64,000 nt of DNA from a virus: positions 74,679 to 138,678 of IMG/VR virus record IMGVR_UViG_3300043540_000091; one strand, written 5' to 3'. How positions within the stretch are numbered: position 1 is the first letter of the stretch; every line of letters starts with the position of its first letter. A program made the translations under genes and the position numbers. The notes under the pieces are model-generated. The model was given only the letters and a program-made list of their open reading frames with translations. It searched no databases and was not told the DNA's origin. Below are positions 19,577 through 29,623 of the stretch, in pieces.

Positions 19577-20208
19577 AGACCTTAGGCCTGGATATCAGCT
19601 CAACTAAGACTGGGTACGCCGTCGTAACTGACGGCGTTCTCACGTTACACGGCCTGATCCCTGGCATCAAGCCTGATCGCCCAGGACAGCCGGAAGACTT
19701 TACCTTCATAGAACGCGCTCAGCATATGGCCAACGAGATCTTCAAGGTCATAACTGCTACGTGGCCTGACATGATCTTCATCGAGCAGACGAACCTTGGC
19801 AACTCGCGCACGGACCAGAAGCTTCTAGAGTTTGTCCATTTCGCTGTCCTATCAAAGATCATCGAGCTGAAGCGTCAGGGCAGCACCAGATACGTTGACA
19901 CATCCCAATGGCGCTCAGTCCTTCAGATCAAGCTCAACAAAGACCAAAGGCTCAACAACAAGCTCGTCAAGCTTGGCAAGAAGAGAGGAAAGGTTACCTT
20001 CAAACACCTCTCTGTGGAATGGGCCAACTCGACCTATGGCTTACAACTCCTTAAGAAGGATCATGACGTCGCCGACGCTATCGCCCTCGCGACCTATGGC
20101 CAGAAGAAGGCCTCCGAACCTACCACTGCGGCTCACGACGTAGATAAGATCTTGCGTGATAGCGAACTTGTGGTATCATCAGGACATGAACAAGACGCCA
20201 AACAATAA
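19573..20208 (+). CDS. ruvC: RuvC-like Holliday junction resolvase
   Basis: LGLDISSTKTGYAV, IFIEQ, DHDVADAIALA. Confidence 0.8.
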   Translation: MKTLGLDISSTKTGYAVVTDGVLTLHGLIPGIKPDRPGQPEDFTFIERAQHMANEIFKVITATWPDMIFIEQTNLGNSRTDQKLLEFVHFAVLSKIIELKRQGSTRYVDTSQWRSVLQIKLNKDQRLNNKLVKLGKKRGKVTFKHLSVEWANSTYGLQLLKKDHDVADAIALATYGQKKASEPTTAAHDVDKILRDSELVVSSGHEQDAKQ

Positions 20209-21028
20209 CTTCCTTGAAGAAGAGATCGAGTACGAGGAAGTTCCAGAATCAGAGATCTCTCCCGAGGATGAAGTCCTCGAGGAAATCGAAGAAGAGATCG
20301 AAGTTGCCGACAGAGTAGCTCGCGAGACGATGAAGGCTCTCACCGAAGCTGAATCTCGCATCGAGCAGGCCAATCTGTACAAGGCCGTCCTCAACACGAG
20401 TCTGTTCGCCAAGGGTTCAGCCCGTCCGGAGATCATCAAGAGAGTCGAGAAGGAGTTCAAGGCGTTCGTCATGTATCGCTTGGAAGTTCTGCTCGGCATC
20501 AAAGCCGAAGGCGGTGTCTCAGGCACGTCGCAGCAGTCTGCGGTCGCAGTCAACATGCCGTTCTCTCAGTCTGAAGTCGCCGCTCTCAAGGACATCGCTC
20601 GCAAGCTGGTAGCTAAGCAAGCTCCACCGCCAGCTGTGCAGCAGGCAGCCGTTCCTGTAGTAACTCCCGTCGCAGCTCAGGAACAGGTTCCGGTCGGTCA
20701 GGTCGGCGAAGAACAGGAAGAGGCATACGAAGAGCCTCAACGTCCCGTCCGCATGGTCAAGAGAGTTGTAAAGCGCACCGTCAACGGGCAGCAACAAGCT
20801 CCTGCCAAGAAGCCTCGTCGCCCACGTTCCAACAACGTCAGTGAAGTTACCGGCCAAGATCTCTCTCAGGCGAGAAGCGAAGCTCGTCCACCGGTACCAA
20901 TGCCTTCTGCATCGATGATGAACGCCATGAACGCTGATCTTGCTGAAAAGAACGCCCGTGGCGGCGTTGCTGCCACGCAAGGCGCTCTGACTGGGCATCT
21001 TAAAACCTTAATTAACGGAAACGGATAG
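20186..21028 (+). CDS. Hypothetical protein (acidic N-terminus), probably leaderless
   Basis: ATG 20186 is 6 nt after TGGTATCAT (20171-20179). Confidence 0.65.
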   Translation: MNKTPNNNFLEEEIEYEEVPESEISPEDEVLEEIEEEIEVADRVARETMKALTEAESRIEQANLYKAVLNTSLFAKGSARPEIIKRVEKEFKAFVMYRLEVLLGIKAEGGVSGTSQQSAVAVNMPFSQSEVAALKDIARKLVAKQAPPPAVQQAAVPVVTPVAAQEQVPVGQVGEEQEEAYEEPQRPVRMVKRVVKRTVNGQQQAPAKKPRRPRSNNVSEVTGQDLSQARSEARPPVPMPSASMMNAMNADLAEKNARGGVAATQGALTGHLKTLINGNG

Positions 21029-21036
21029 GAGAATAA

Positions 21037-21723
21037 ATGAACGCACTGAACAAGATCGCAGAGATGGAAGCAAAGCTGGCCGCCCTCGAGAAGATCGCCA
21101 TGGGCATGCCGAAGATGGTTCAAGACTTCCAACGTCTTTCCGACGACGTGAAGCAGATCACGAAGGCCTGCGAGAACCTGATCACGGTCATCAACAAGCG
21201 GACCGGAGATCTTGCTCAGGTGGACAACATCATAATCACCCGACAGATGGCGCTCGAGCAGTCGCTCGCGTCGCTCTCAAAAACCGCCGCTGCGATGGTA
21301 GCAGAGTTGTCCGAGACTAAAGTCCTGAATCAAGAAGCTGTCATGCTGAGAATGAGAAAGTCCGACGAAGAGCTTGACAAGCAACGCGTCGAGAAGATGA
21401 TCGAGCAGAAGGTCCTCAAGGAAGCTGAAACTATCACGAACGACTCGTTTATCGTGGTATCTCAAGAGTTTACATACGCCGATGGGAAGGTTGACGTGGT
21501 AGCGGAGTTCCGTTCATACGACATGACCAACCCAGAACTCGACGAGGACACCAAGAAAAACTACGTCGGCAAGCGTAAAAATGATACCGTCGAACTTAAT
21601 CTTGAAGACGGTGTTTTAAGAACCACCGTCCTTCAGGTCTACGACTATGTCCAGGTCTACGCCGAATCAAATGGCGAAGATCAAGCGAAGGATGAGTCGC
21701 AACCTCAGGCAAACCAACAATAG
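21037..21723 (+). CDS. Coiled-coil protein with possible Gre/FKBP-like C-terminal domain
   Basis: SD AGGAG; C-terminal YVGKRKNDTVELNLEDGVLRTTVLQVY. Confidence 0.55.
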   Translation: MNALNKIAEMEAKLAALEKIAMGMPKMVQDFQRLSDDVKQITKACENLITVINKRTGDLAQVDNIIITRQMALEQSLASLSKTAAAMVAELSETKVLNQEAVMLRMRKSDEELDKQRVEKMIEQKVLKEAETITNDSFIVVSQEFTYADGKVDVVAEFRSYDMTNPELDEDTKKNYVGKRKNDTVELNLEDGVLRTTVLQVYDYVQVYAESNGEDQAKDESQPQANQQ

Positions 21724-21732
21724 GTGTTAAAG

Positions 21733-23028
21733 ATGCCCAAGGATAAGAAGCCGAAGTCTGAGGAGAAAACCTCCAGGCTTACCGGTCAGGCCCTTCTAAA
21801 CGCCATTGCCGCAGACATCAAGAATACCGCAGAGCAGCTCGACACTGAGCCTGCAATGCTCACCTGGGCTCAGTATCGCGCCAACGGTGGGTACTTCGGG
21901 TACCAGAAGATGTACTCTGCTGGCGGCGGATATAACGCCATCAAGAAGCTCTTCTTCGAGAAGGACATGCCCAAGGACCGCGCGTCCGTAGGTGAGGTCC
22001 GCGAGCTGCGTAAGCAGTATCTCGCCACTGAACGTCGTCTCGAGAGCCGAGAGATGTTCCTCGAGAGGCTCGAGACCATGCTCGAGAACCTCAAGCCGCT
22101 CAAGATCACTCCATACAGACCGAAGGACTCGTACAAGCCCGTAAAGCGTGTGGTGAACCTCCTTCTGTCGGATCTACACTTCGGATCTGACATCGAGACG
22201 CGTGAAACTGGCATTGGATGGGGTAAGACGGAAGAAGCTCGCTGCTTCGCGCACATCGTCAAGAACGTGTGCAGCTACAAGCGTCACTATCGCCCTGAGA
22301 CCAAGCTGTGCGTATCGATTGCTGGCGACGTGATCGAGAATGAGCTGCACGACAAGTCATCCGCCGCACCTCTGCACGAGCAGGTCTGCCGCGCGATCCA
22401 TCTATTGACACAAGGCATTGCTCGGTTCTCTGAGAACTTCCCTGAGGTCGAGGTATACTACTCGGTCGGTAACCATGGCCGCGACATGTCGATCCACCAC
22501 GGTCGCGCAACTTCTCAGAAGTGGAACGCTATCGAGACGACTATCTACTACGCTGTCAAGAAGGCCTGCGGTCACATGAAGAACGTGAAGTTCACGCAGC
22601 CTCTTACTCCTTGGGTAACGTACGATGCCCTCGGCCATAAGGTATACGTCACTCACGGAGACACCAACCTCAACGTGGGTAACCCTGGTAACACCATCTC
22701 GATCCGCCAACTAGAGACTCAGATCAATCGTCTGAACTCCTCTTTAAAGGACGACGAGAAGTATGCGGTGTTTGCAGTCGGCCACGTACATCTGGCACTG
22801 AGCACTCAACTGCCGAACGGAGCGCACCTGTTCATGAACGGACCTCTGGTCCCGCCGAACTCGTTCGCACAGACGTTCAGTATCATGCGATCCCCTCAGA
22901 ACCAGGTCATGTGGGAGACCACAGAAGCGTTTGCCGTAGGAGATCAGCGGTTTATTAACGCCGCCGGTGCCGAAACCAACACTTCTCTCGACAAGATCAT
23001 CCAGCCGTTCACTGAAATTGACGTATAA
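21733..23028 (+). CDS. Calcineurin-like metallophosphoesterase
   Basis: SDLHFG, AGDVIEN, VGNHGR, THGD, GHVH. Confidence 0.8.
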   Translation: MPKDKKPKSEEKTSRLTGQALLNAIAADIKNTAEQLDTEPAMLTWAQYRANGGYFGYQKMYSAGGGYNAIKKLFFEKDMPKDRASVGEVRELRKQYLATERRLESREMFLERLETMLENLKPLKITPYRPKDSYKPVKRVVNLLLSDLHFGSDIETRETGIGWGKTEEARCFAHIVKNVCSYKRHYRPETKLCVSIAGDVIENELHDKSSAAPLHEQVCRAIHLLTQGIARFSENFPEVEVYYSVGNHGRDMSIHHGRATSQKWNAIETTIYYAVKKACGHMKNVKFTQPLTPWVTYDALGHKVYVTHGDTNLNVGNPGNTISIRQLETQINRLNSSLKDDEKYAVFAVGHVHLALSTQLPNGAHLFMNGPLVPPNSFAQTFSIMRSPQNQVMWETTEAFAVGDQRFINAAGAETNTSLDKIIQPFTEIDV

Positions 23029-23045
23029 TACGTCAGAGGAGCTTC

Positions 23046-23363
23046 GTGAGCAGGTCTCACGGCGACAGAGGCGACCAGGCTAACAAGCTTCGGGCGCTGA
23101 AGAAGCAGGTCGAATCCCTTAAGCGGGAGAACTCAGGACTCCAGAAGGAGTTGCGCAAGGCGAACCAACGCGTCGCTGAGCTACTGAACTTCGCGCTTGA
23201 GGAAGAACCTGACGCTCCTTTTAAGAAGGGAGAGGGCTTAACCTGCACTAATCCAAGCTGTAGCAAGGGTGTCTACGCAGAACATCGGTATCCGGTGCGC
23301 GGAGGCGAGAAGGTCTACCTGGTGTGTAACCTGTGCAAGGATCGTAAGCCCGTTAAGGGATGA
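23046..23363 (+). CDS. Coiled-coil + zinc-ribbon protein
   Basis: CTNPSC...CNLC; SD GAGG. Confidence 0.6.
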   Translation: MSRSHGDRGDQANKLRALKKQVESLKRENSGLQKELRKANQRVAELLNFALEEEPDAPFKKGEGLTCTNPSCSKGVYAEHRYPVRGGEKVYLVCNLCKDRKPVKG

Positions 23364-23734
23364 TCTGGACAAGTAACGATAACCCAGCGTATCTTCGCGC
23401 GGTCTATGAGATCGAAACCACCAGGGCCGACATCGCTCGGATGGAACTCGAGCTTATGAGATTGAATGAGAACCGTGCCTCCGTGTATGCTCAGATCGAG
23501 CTGATCGAGTCGAACCTTGACTACATCCACAAGTACGCAAAGGTTGTAGGCCTGAGGGAGTATTCAAACCTGAAGGCCATACTGAAGCACGAGACCTCCG
23601 CGTTCGTATACGCTAAGAATCAGATCCTTCACGTCGAGAAGGTCCTCGAGTCCTTCAAGGACGGGCTGACTAGACTTCAATCTAGGTTACCATCCTTCCA
23701 GACTAAGGTCTTGGAGTTCAAGCGAGATGAATAA
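23360..23734 (+). CDS. Coiled-coil hypothetical protein
   Basis: ATGA-coupled to upstream gene. Confidence 0.6.
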   Translation: MIWTSNDNPAYLRAVYEIETTRADIARMELELMRLNENRASVYAQIELIESNLDYIHKYAKVVGLREYSNLKAILKHETSAFVYAKNQILHVEKVLESFKDGLTRLQSRLPSFQTKVLEFKRDE

Positions 23735-23945
23735 GCAGGATCTCTCGACCAAGGTCTTGCGCGAGCGGGACTTCATAAACTCCCCGAAGCATGACAACTC
23801 CCTCAGGAAGTTCGTAGACGAGCATCCTGACGGCGCGAAGGACTCGGTCATCTGCAAGGCCCTCTGCATGACTCAGAAAGAACTTGAAGAAACGTATCAA
23901 TGTGCTATCCTCAAGCTTAAAGAAGGCTTGAACACGGATGAATGA
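23727..23945 (+). CDS. Small HTH protein resembling sigma region 4
   Basis: DGAKDSVICKALCMTQKELEETYQCAILKLK fits G.T..EIA..L.IS...V.Q....A..KLK. Confidence 0.5.
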   Translation: MNKQDLSTKVLRERDFINSPKHDNSLRKFVDEHPDGAKDSVICKALCMTQKELEETYQCAILKLKEGLNTDE

Positions 23946-26900
23946 TAGACGTTTCAAACAACTGATCAACCCGCACTCACACTCTGACCATAGCCTTGAC
24001 GGTGCTGCGACTGTAAAGCAGATCGTCAAACGCAATGCTGAGCTTGGTGCTACCCACGTAGCGTTGACCGAGCACGGCAGCATGAACAGTGCGATGGACC
24101 TGTACACCAAGGCCAAGGACGCCGGTCTCAAGCCAATCATCGGCATGGAAGCTTACATGGTCAACCCATTCCACGATGAGTACGTCGAGCTGTACCGCGC
24201 GGCGTTCAAGGCCGGTAAATGGAAGCCGCGCAACATCAAGGAAGACAACTACGAGGCCATAGAGCGAGCGATCCAACGTACGGCCATGAATCAATACCTG
24301 CACGTCACCATCCACTTCAAGGATGCGTGGGCATATCGGTACTTCTGTGGCTTGTCCGAAGCGATGTATTCTCGCGCCGTCAAGAAGTATGACGAGCTGA
24401 AGCCCATGATCACTCTCGACGAGCTTCGAGGTGCTAGGGGCCATATCACGATAGGTTCCTCGTGTATGAAGGGACCTATCCAGAACTTCATGCTGCCGTC
24501 CCGTGACGGAATGATTCAGCCGAACCAAGCGCATGCCGAATGGATGTACCAGCAGCTCCGCGAGATTGCTGGACCGGACGGCTTCTTCGTCGAGGTATTC
24601 CCTCACACCGTCACGCATGATTGGCAGAAGGCTGAGAAGGATGATACCGGCACCATCGTGAAGCCTGGTTACTTCAAGCCTCATGAGTGTACCTGTCACG
24701 CTCCCGAAGGAGATCTCCAGAAGCCTCTCAACAAATACGCGATCGACCTTGCCAAGAAGTACGGCGACAAAATCATTATATCGCTTGACAGTCATTTCGC
24801 GACGGAGGACCAGAAGGTCATCCAGGACGCAAAGCTTGGCAATGGCGAAGAGAGCTGGCGCTTCCATAACTCGTACCACATCATGTCCACGGATGAGGCT
24901 GCAGCCATCCTGAAGGGTACCTTGGGAGTGTCCGACCGCGACATCGAGGAGTGGGTTGACAACTCGTACGCCTTCGCGTCGAACTTCAACGATTTCAAGC
25001 TGGAGACATCCAAGGACCGCTGGGTTCTGGCCGGTGACGGCGAACGATTCCTGGGACATCTAAAGTCCACGATAGACAAGTGGGGACGGATGGACTGGAA
25101 CGACCAGGAGATGGTCGCTCAGCTCAAGCGTGAGATCCAGATATTGGCGTTCAACGGTAAGCTGAACCTACTCTCGTATGTCGAGACTATCGAGGATATC
25201 TCCAACTTCTGTCGAGAGAACGACGTCCTCATGAACGTGCGGGGATCAGCTGGCGGATCACTGTTGATGTACGTCATCGGAGTGTCTGGTATCAACCCGC
25301 TACCACACAAGTTGTCCTTCGGACGTTTTCTTACGGAAGGCCGCATCAAGGCGAACACCCTCCCAGACGTCGACATGGACGTCTCGGATCAGGAGAAGGT
25401 GATCGAGTATCTGAAGTCCAAGTACGGCAAGAACGTGTGCCGACTCTCAACGGATCTTCTTCTGCGGGTTAAATCGTCCATCAAGGATGCTGAACGGTCC
25501 ATCTTTGGCCGCGTCCGCCCTGAAACCGAGCACTTATGCAGTAGGGCTATTCCATCCACTCCTCAAGGCAAGGACGATTACGAGTTCGTATTCGGCAAGG
25601 AAGGAACGACCGGCGAAGGTTTATACAACACCAACATGCAGCTGCGCAGGTACGCCGACGAGAACCCTCAGGTCTGGTCGGTCGTGACGGAGATGCTGGG
25701 AATCCAGCGTAACAAGTCAACCCATGCGTGCGGATTCATCATCGCGGATCGTCCCATCACGGACTACATGCCGATCATCAAGGTGAACGACGAGTGGGTA
25801 ACTGGCTTCAGTCCTAAGACGGCTGAGGCTGCTGGTCTGGTCAAGTTTGATCTTCTCGGGTTGAACACCCTTCGAGACATCAGGCTCGCGGTCAAGTCCA
25901 TCAAGGAACGCACGGGGATGGTCATCGATCCATTCCATCTGCCCTTCTGCGCGAAGTCGGCCATGAACTTCCAGCTCGGTAAGACCGAAGGAGTCTTCCA
26001 GTTTGACACTCCAACGGTCAGACCTCTTCAGACTCAGATCTTCAAGGCCGATCAGATGCGAACGGTCGTCGATATCTGCGAAGCAAACGCCGGTATCACG
26101 TCGCTCGGTCGTCCAGGTACACTAGACGCGCCATCGGGAGATGGAAGAACTCTGGCCGAAGTGTACGTGGCCTGCGCGAACGGCGAACCTGTGAAGTATG
26201 TTCACCCTGATCTCGAACCGATCCTCAAGAACACGTTCGGTATTCAGCTCTATCAGGAGCAGACGATCCAGATCTTCAAGGATATCGGAGGCATGGACGA
26301 CACGGAAGCCGACGAGGTTCGTCGCGGTATCGGTAAGAAGATCGAGAAGGTTCTCATGGCGGCAACCGCCAAGCTTAAGGACGGCGCTCTCAAGCGCGGC
26401 TGGACGGAAGATCAAGTCAACTTGCTCATCGAACAGATTAAGGCTTCGGCTAACTATTCGTTCAACAAGTCGCACGCCGTGTCATATGCCTATGTCGCGT
26501 ATGCATGCATGTGGCTCAAGACGAACTATCCGCTCGACTGGTGGAAGGCGATCCTGTCTAACTCGACCAAGGACGAGATGGCCACGAAGTTCTGGCGGCA
26601 CGTCAAAGATTTCACGACGCTTCCCGACATCAACATGTCAAAGGATGACTACGAGATCTCCGGTGACCGCATCATAGCTCCGTTTTCGATCCTTACTGGT
26701 GTGGGGGAGAAGTCTTACCAGGACCTCATGAAGCATAAGCCGTATGAATCCCTGGAGTACTTCGTTCGATCTCACTTTCCTACCAAGGAAGAGGAGGACG
26801 AGAAGAAGCGCAAGGCCAAGATGCGCAAGCAGGCCAAGGCGACTGGATCTAACATGCTGGAAGAAGATCGCGCCGATCGGAAGTCTGCGGTGAACGCAGG

Positions 26901-27615
26901 TATTGCTCGGAAGCTGATCGCAGCCGGTGTACTAGACTCCCTGTTCGAGCCTGGAATGATCATCGAAGAGAAGCTGATGAAGTTCGAGGAAGTTCGTGGC
27001 AGAGTTCGCGGCAAGAAGCCGGAGGTTGTCCCTGATGAGTTCGAGCGTATCTCAAATCTCGGTAAATACCTGCTGCGCAAGCAGCTGATCCAGATCTATT
27101 CAGAAGATCTGCGACCGATCATGCTGCCGGTGCGAGGCTGTCGCGAGCTTCCGATCAGGTTCCAAGGTGCAAAGGGCTGGTTTACCCAGGACGGGTTCCC
27201 GATACTTGATGGAAACATGCTTGAATACTTCAAGACCAAGCATGAGGCTAAGATCGGGGTAGCGAACATCGTTCGGCAATTTGACATGCTTCTCGCTGAT
27301 GGGGTTGACAACTGGCACCAACCTGCTATAGTAGGAGACATCGAACGTCGCTTCTACGTGTTGGCATACGTCATCTCGGAGAAGTCGTTCCCGTACAAGA
27401 ACAAGACCAAGTATGCGAATAGAATGGTCCTTGACGTGAACGGGGTCTTCACGGAAGAGATGCTCTGGCCAGGTAGGGACCAGTCAGAAGCGGAGATGGG
27501 ATTCAAGGGAGCGCCGGTGCTGGCATCCTTCTACATCTCAACGCGCGGAGTGCAGCTTGGAAGCATTCACCCGCTGCTCGCCGAAGGGGATCTTGAGAAG
27601 TATGACATGGCTTAA
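23938..27615 (+). CDS. dnaE: DNA polymerase III alpha subunit (family C)
   Basis: PHP HSHSDHSLDG/TEHG/DSH; RGSAGGSL; PDVDMD; KFDLLGL; YQEQ; YSFNKSHA. Confidence 0.97.
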   Translation: MNDRRFKQLINPHSHSDHSLDGAATVKQIVKRNAELGATHVALTEHGSMNSAMDLYTKAKDAGLKPIIGMEAYMVNPFHDEYVELYRAAFKAGKWKPRNIKEDNYEAIERAIQRTAMNQYLHVTIHFKDAWAYRYFCGLSEAMYSRAVKKYDELKPMITLDELRGARGHITIGSSCMKGPIQNFMLPSRDGMIQPNQAHAEWMYQQLREIAGPDGFFVEVFPHTVTHDWQKAEKDDTGTIVKPGYFKPHECTCHAPEGDLQKPLNKYAIDLAKKYGDKIIISLDSHFATEDQKVIQDAKLGNGEESWRFHNSYHIMSTDEAAAILKGTLGVSDRDIEEWVDNSYAFASNFNDFKLETSKDRWVLAGDGERFLGHLKSTIDKWGRMDWNDQEMVAQLKREIQILAFNGKLNLLSYVETIEDISNFCRENDVLMNVRGSAGGSLLMYVIGVSGINPLPHKLSFGRFLTEGRIKANTLPDVDMDVSDQEKVIEYLKSKYGKNVCRLSTDLLLRVKSSIKDAERSIFGRVRPETEHLCSRAIPSTPQGKDDYEFVFGKEGTTGEGLYNTNMQLRRYADENPQVWSVVTEMLGIQRNKSTHACGFIIADRPITDYMPIIKVNDEWVTGFSPKTAEAAGLVKFDLLGLNTLRDIRLAVKSIKERTGMVIDPFHLPFCAKSAMNFQLGKTEGVFQFDTPTVRPLQTQIFKADQMRTVVDICEANAGITSLGRPGTLDAPSGDGRTLAEVYVACANGEPVKYVHPDLEPILKNTFGIQLYQEQTIQIFKDIGGMDDTEADEVRRGIGKKIEKVLMAATAKLKDGALKRGWTEDQVNLLIEQIKASANYSFNKSHAVSYAYVAYACMWLKTNYPLDWWKAILSNSTKDEMATKFWRHVKDFTTLPDINMSKDDYEISGDRIIAPFSILTGVGEKSYQDLMKHKPYESLEYFVRSHFPTKEEEDEKKRKAKMRKQAKATGSNMLEEDRADRKSAVNAGIARKLIAAGVLDSLFEPGMIIEEKLMKFEEVRGRVRGKKPEVVPDEFERISNLGKYLLRKQLIQIYSEDLRPIMLPVRGCRELPIRFQGAKGWFTQDGFPILDGNMLEYFKTKHEAKIGVANIVRQFDMLLADGVDNWHQPAIVGDIERRFYVLAYVISEKSFPYKNKTKYANRMVLDVNGVFTEEMLWPGRDQSEAEMGFKGAPVLASFYISTRGVQLGSIHPLLAEGDLEKYDMA

Positions 27616-27618
27616 TTG

Positions 27619-27627
27619 TGGTATAAT
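27619..27627 (+). promoter_or_regulatory. Extended -10 TGGTATAAT
   Basis: Perfect TG-n-TATAAT, SD GGAGGT downstream. Confidence 0.7.
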
Positions 27628-27642
27628 CCCAGTGGAGGTAGT

Positions 27643-28407
27643 ATGAACAAGTTAAAAGAACTGTACACTAAGATCCTTGACGTGATCGCTGACACCGAGA
27701 TCGATGCAAGTGCGACTGATCCGCGCGTTCGCGCAGGAGTCGAGGCTAAGGTCCGTAACGCCAAGCAAGACCTTGAGCGAGTCAAGCGGGAATACAAGGA
27801 TGCCCTGATCGGCCATGTGGTCGTCATCGGAGTGAACGGTTCGTCTGCTACTGAGTTCGCAGCATCAGCAGAGAAGGCTGGCGCAATCGCCGTTGACTTC
27901 AACTTCATCGTCGACAAGACGGCAGAAAACCTATCGAAACGCGCCATCGGCAGCGAGTTCACCTCGGAAGCTCTGTTCAAGCTGATCGACGAACTGTCAA
28001 AGGTTCGACTGGAATACGATATGATCCAACTTCCCACTCCGCGCGTCGACGCATACGCCGATGGCATCTACAACGCTCCGCTGCGTGAGGCCATCGCCAA
28101 GCTGTTCTCAAAGAATTACGGATCAAGCCTTCAGTCGGCAGTTACTCGCCGCCTGATCGGAGATAAGGGACTTGACGCCAAGTTCACCGGCAAGAAGTTG
28201 CCCGTGATCGTCTACAACCTGGATCAGGATATGGACGTTCGTTTCATCCCCGCGCCCGTGACCATCATTACCTCGAACGGTAAGGTTACGGACAACGGCG
28301 TAAAGAAGAAGCTCGCCGAAGTCAAGGCGATGCTCAGTGATAAGCAAGAAGAGACCAACGATTCCCAAACCAATGGCCAAAGTGCCCAAACAGAGGAGGA
28401 GTTATGA
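27643..28407 (+). CDS. Hypothetical protein
   Basis: Start moved to ATG 27643; first gene of SSB/RecA operon. Confidence 0.65.
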   Translation: MNKLKELYTKILDVIADTEIDASATDPRVRAGVEAKVRNAKQDLERVKREYKDALIGHVVVIGVNGSSATEFAASAEKAGAIAVDFNFIVDKTAENLSKRAIGSEFTSEALFKLIDELSKVRLEYDMIQLPTPRVDAYADGIYNAPLREAIAKLFSKNYGSSLQSAVTRRLIGDKGLDAKFTGKKLPVIVYNLDQDMDVRFIPAPVTIITSNGKVTDNGVKKKLAEVKAMLSDKQEETNDSQTNGQSAQTEEEL

Positions 28408-29621
28408 ATCAAGAGGTCGAGTTAGGCAAGGCAGTATATGGCCGGTCCGGTGGTGGTAGCCACGGCTGGTTCCATATCGAAGACAACAAGGACAACGTGT
28501 ATCGTGTCCTTCCGCCAATGAAGAGTCTCGCACGCGAGGGCAAGTACGCCAAGTACTACTCGACGCATCGCGGATTCCGTGGCACTGACAATAAACAGAA
28601 GCCATTCCTGTGCGTCGAGGAAGGTAAGTGGGACAATAAGACCAAGACGAAGGCCATCACGATCCACTGTCCGGTGTGCGACTGGGTTCAAGCTGTTGAA
28701 GCTCAGATCGCAAACTACAAGGCGCAAGGCGCGACCGACGAGCAGATCCGTGAGTATCGCAACAAGTACGTGTTCCCGTTCCAGGCAGAGCGCAAGTACT
28801 ACCTGAACGTCGTGAACATGGAAGGTAAGATCGGCGTACTGCCCATCGGCTCAAATATGTTCAAGTCCTTGGAAGCTCTGGCTATGGAACAGCAGAAGAC
28901 TCGCCGCGACATAACCGGCATGGAAGGCTTCTTCATCAACTTCAAGAAGCAGACCAAGTTCAAAGGTGATCGCGATGCGATCCATACCGCTTCGCTCTAT
29001 ATGGCACCTCAGCCTGACATGAGCTATCGTCCGATCGTTCATGTGATCGACAACGCGTTCGCTCAACGTCTGGGACCTGAAGCAGCAGACCTTGGTCAGC
29101 TCTTCAAGACTCTCGAGATCGAGCAACTCTCGCAGCTCGTCGCTCTCGATGGCGAAGCACGCGCCAAGTATGTGGACAGCCTGTTCCCCAAAGAACAGGT
29201 CGCTCCGATTGTGTCCGCTCCTGTATCCGCTCCTGTATCCGCTCCCGTCTCTGCTCCGGCACCTGCTGGCGCAATCCCTGGAATGCAGTTCAACCCAGGC
29301 TCGCTGCCTCCTCCGGCGCAGCAGTTCGGACAACCTGCTCCGGCAGCTCCAGCCGCTCCTGTGGCACAAGCTCCGGCAGCTCCGATGTCCTTCACTCCTC
29401 CGGCGAATGCGATGCCTGCTCCTGCCATGCCAGGGCCTGCCATGCCAGGGCCTGCTCCTGCTCCGGCACAGGTGACCTTCACTCCTCCTGCTAACGTGGC
29501 CGCTCCTGCTAACGCCGGATTCTCAGGCTTCAATCAGCAGCCTGCAGGTGGAAGTCAGCAGCCGATCAGTCAGTTGGATGACGCACAGTTCGCCAACATG
29601 GTTCGTCCGCTGAAAGGATAG
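28404..29621 (+). CDS. Single-stranded DNA-binding protein (gp32-like) with Pro/Ala-rich tail
   Basis: YRVLPP, CPVC, YYLNV, DITG pattern; upstream of UvsY-like and RecA. Confidence 0.7.
   Translation: MNQEVELGKAVYGRSGGGSHGWFHIEDNKDNVYRVLPPMKSLAREGKYAKYYSTHRGFRGTDNKQKPFLCVEEGKWDNKTKTKAITIHCPVCDWVQAVEAQIANYKAQGATDEQIREYRNKYVFPFQAERKYYLNVVNMEGKIGVLPIGSNMFKSLEALAMEQQKTRRDITGMEGFFINFKKQTKFKGDRDAIHTASLYMAPQPDMSYRPIVHVIDNAFAQRLGPEAADLGQLFKTLEIEQLSQLVALDGEARAKYVDSLFPKEQVAPIVSAPVSAPVSAPVSAPAPAGAIPGMQFNPGSLPPPAQQFGQPAPAAPAAPVAQAPAAPMSFTPPANAMPAPAMPGPAMPGPAPAPAQVTFTPPANVAAPANAGFSGFNQQPAGGSQQPISQLDDAQFANMVRPLKG
29211..29450 (+). repeat. Coding tandem repeats in SSB tail
   Basis: 12-bp unit encoding VSAP x4 and CCTGCCATGCCAGGG x2 encoding PAMPG. 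Confidence 0.8.
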
Positions 29622-29623
29622 TC

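Noticed and set aside
23938-27615. Intein or intron in dnaE
   Set aside because: Continuous ORF of normal size without splicing motifs; only a short charged insertion.
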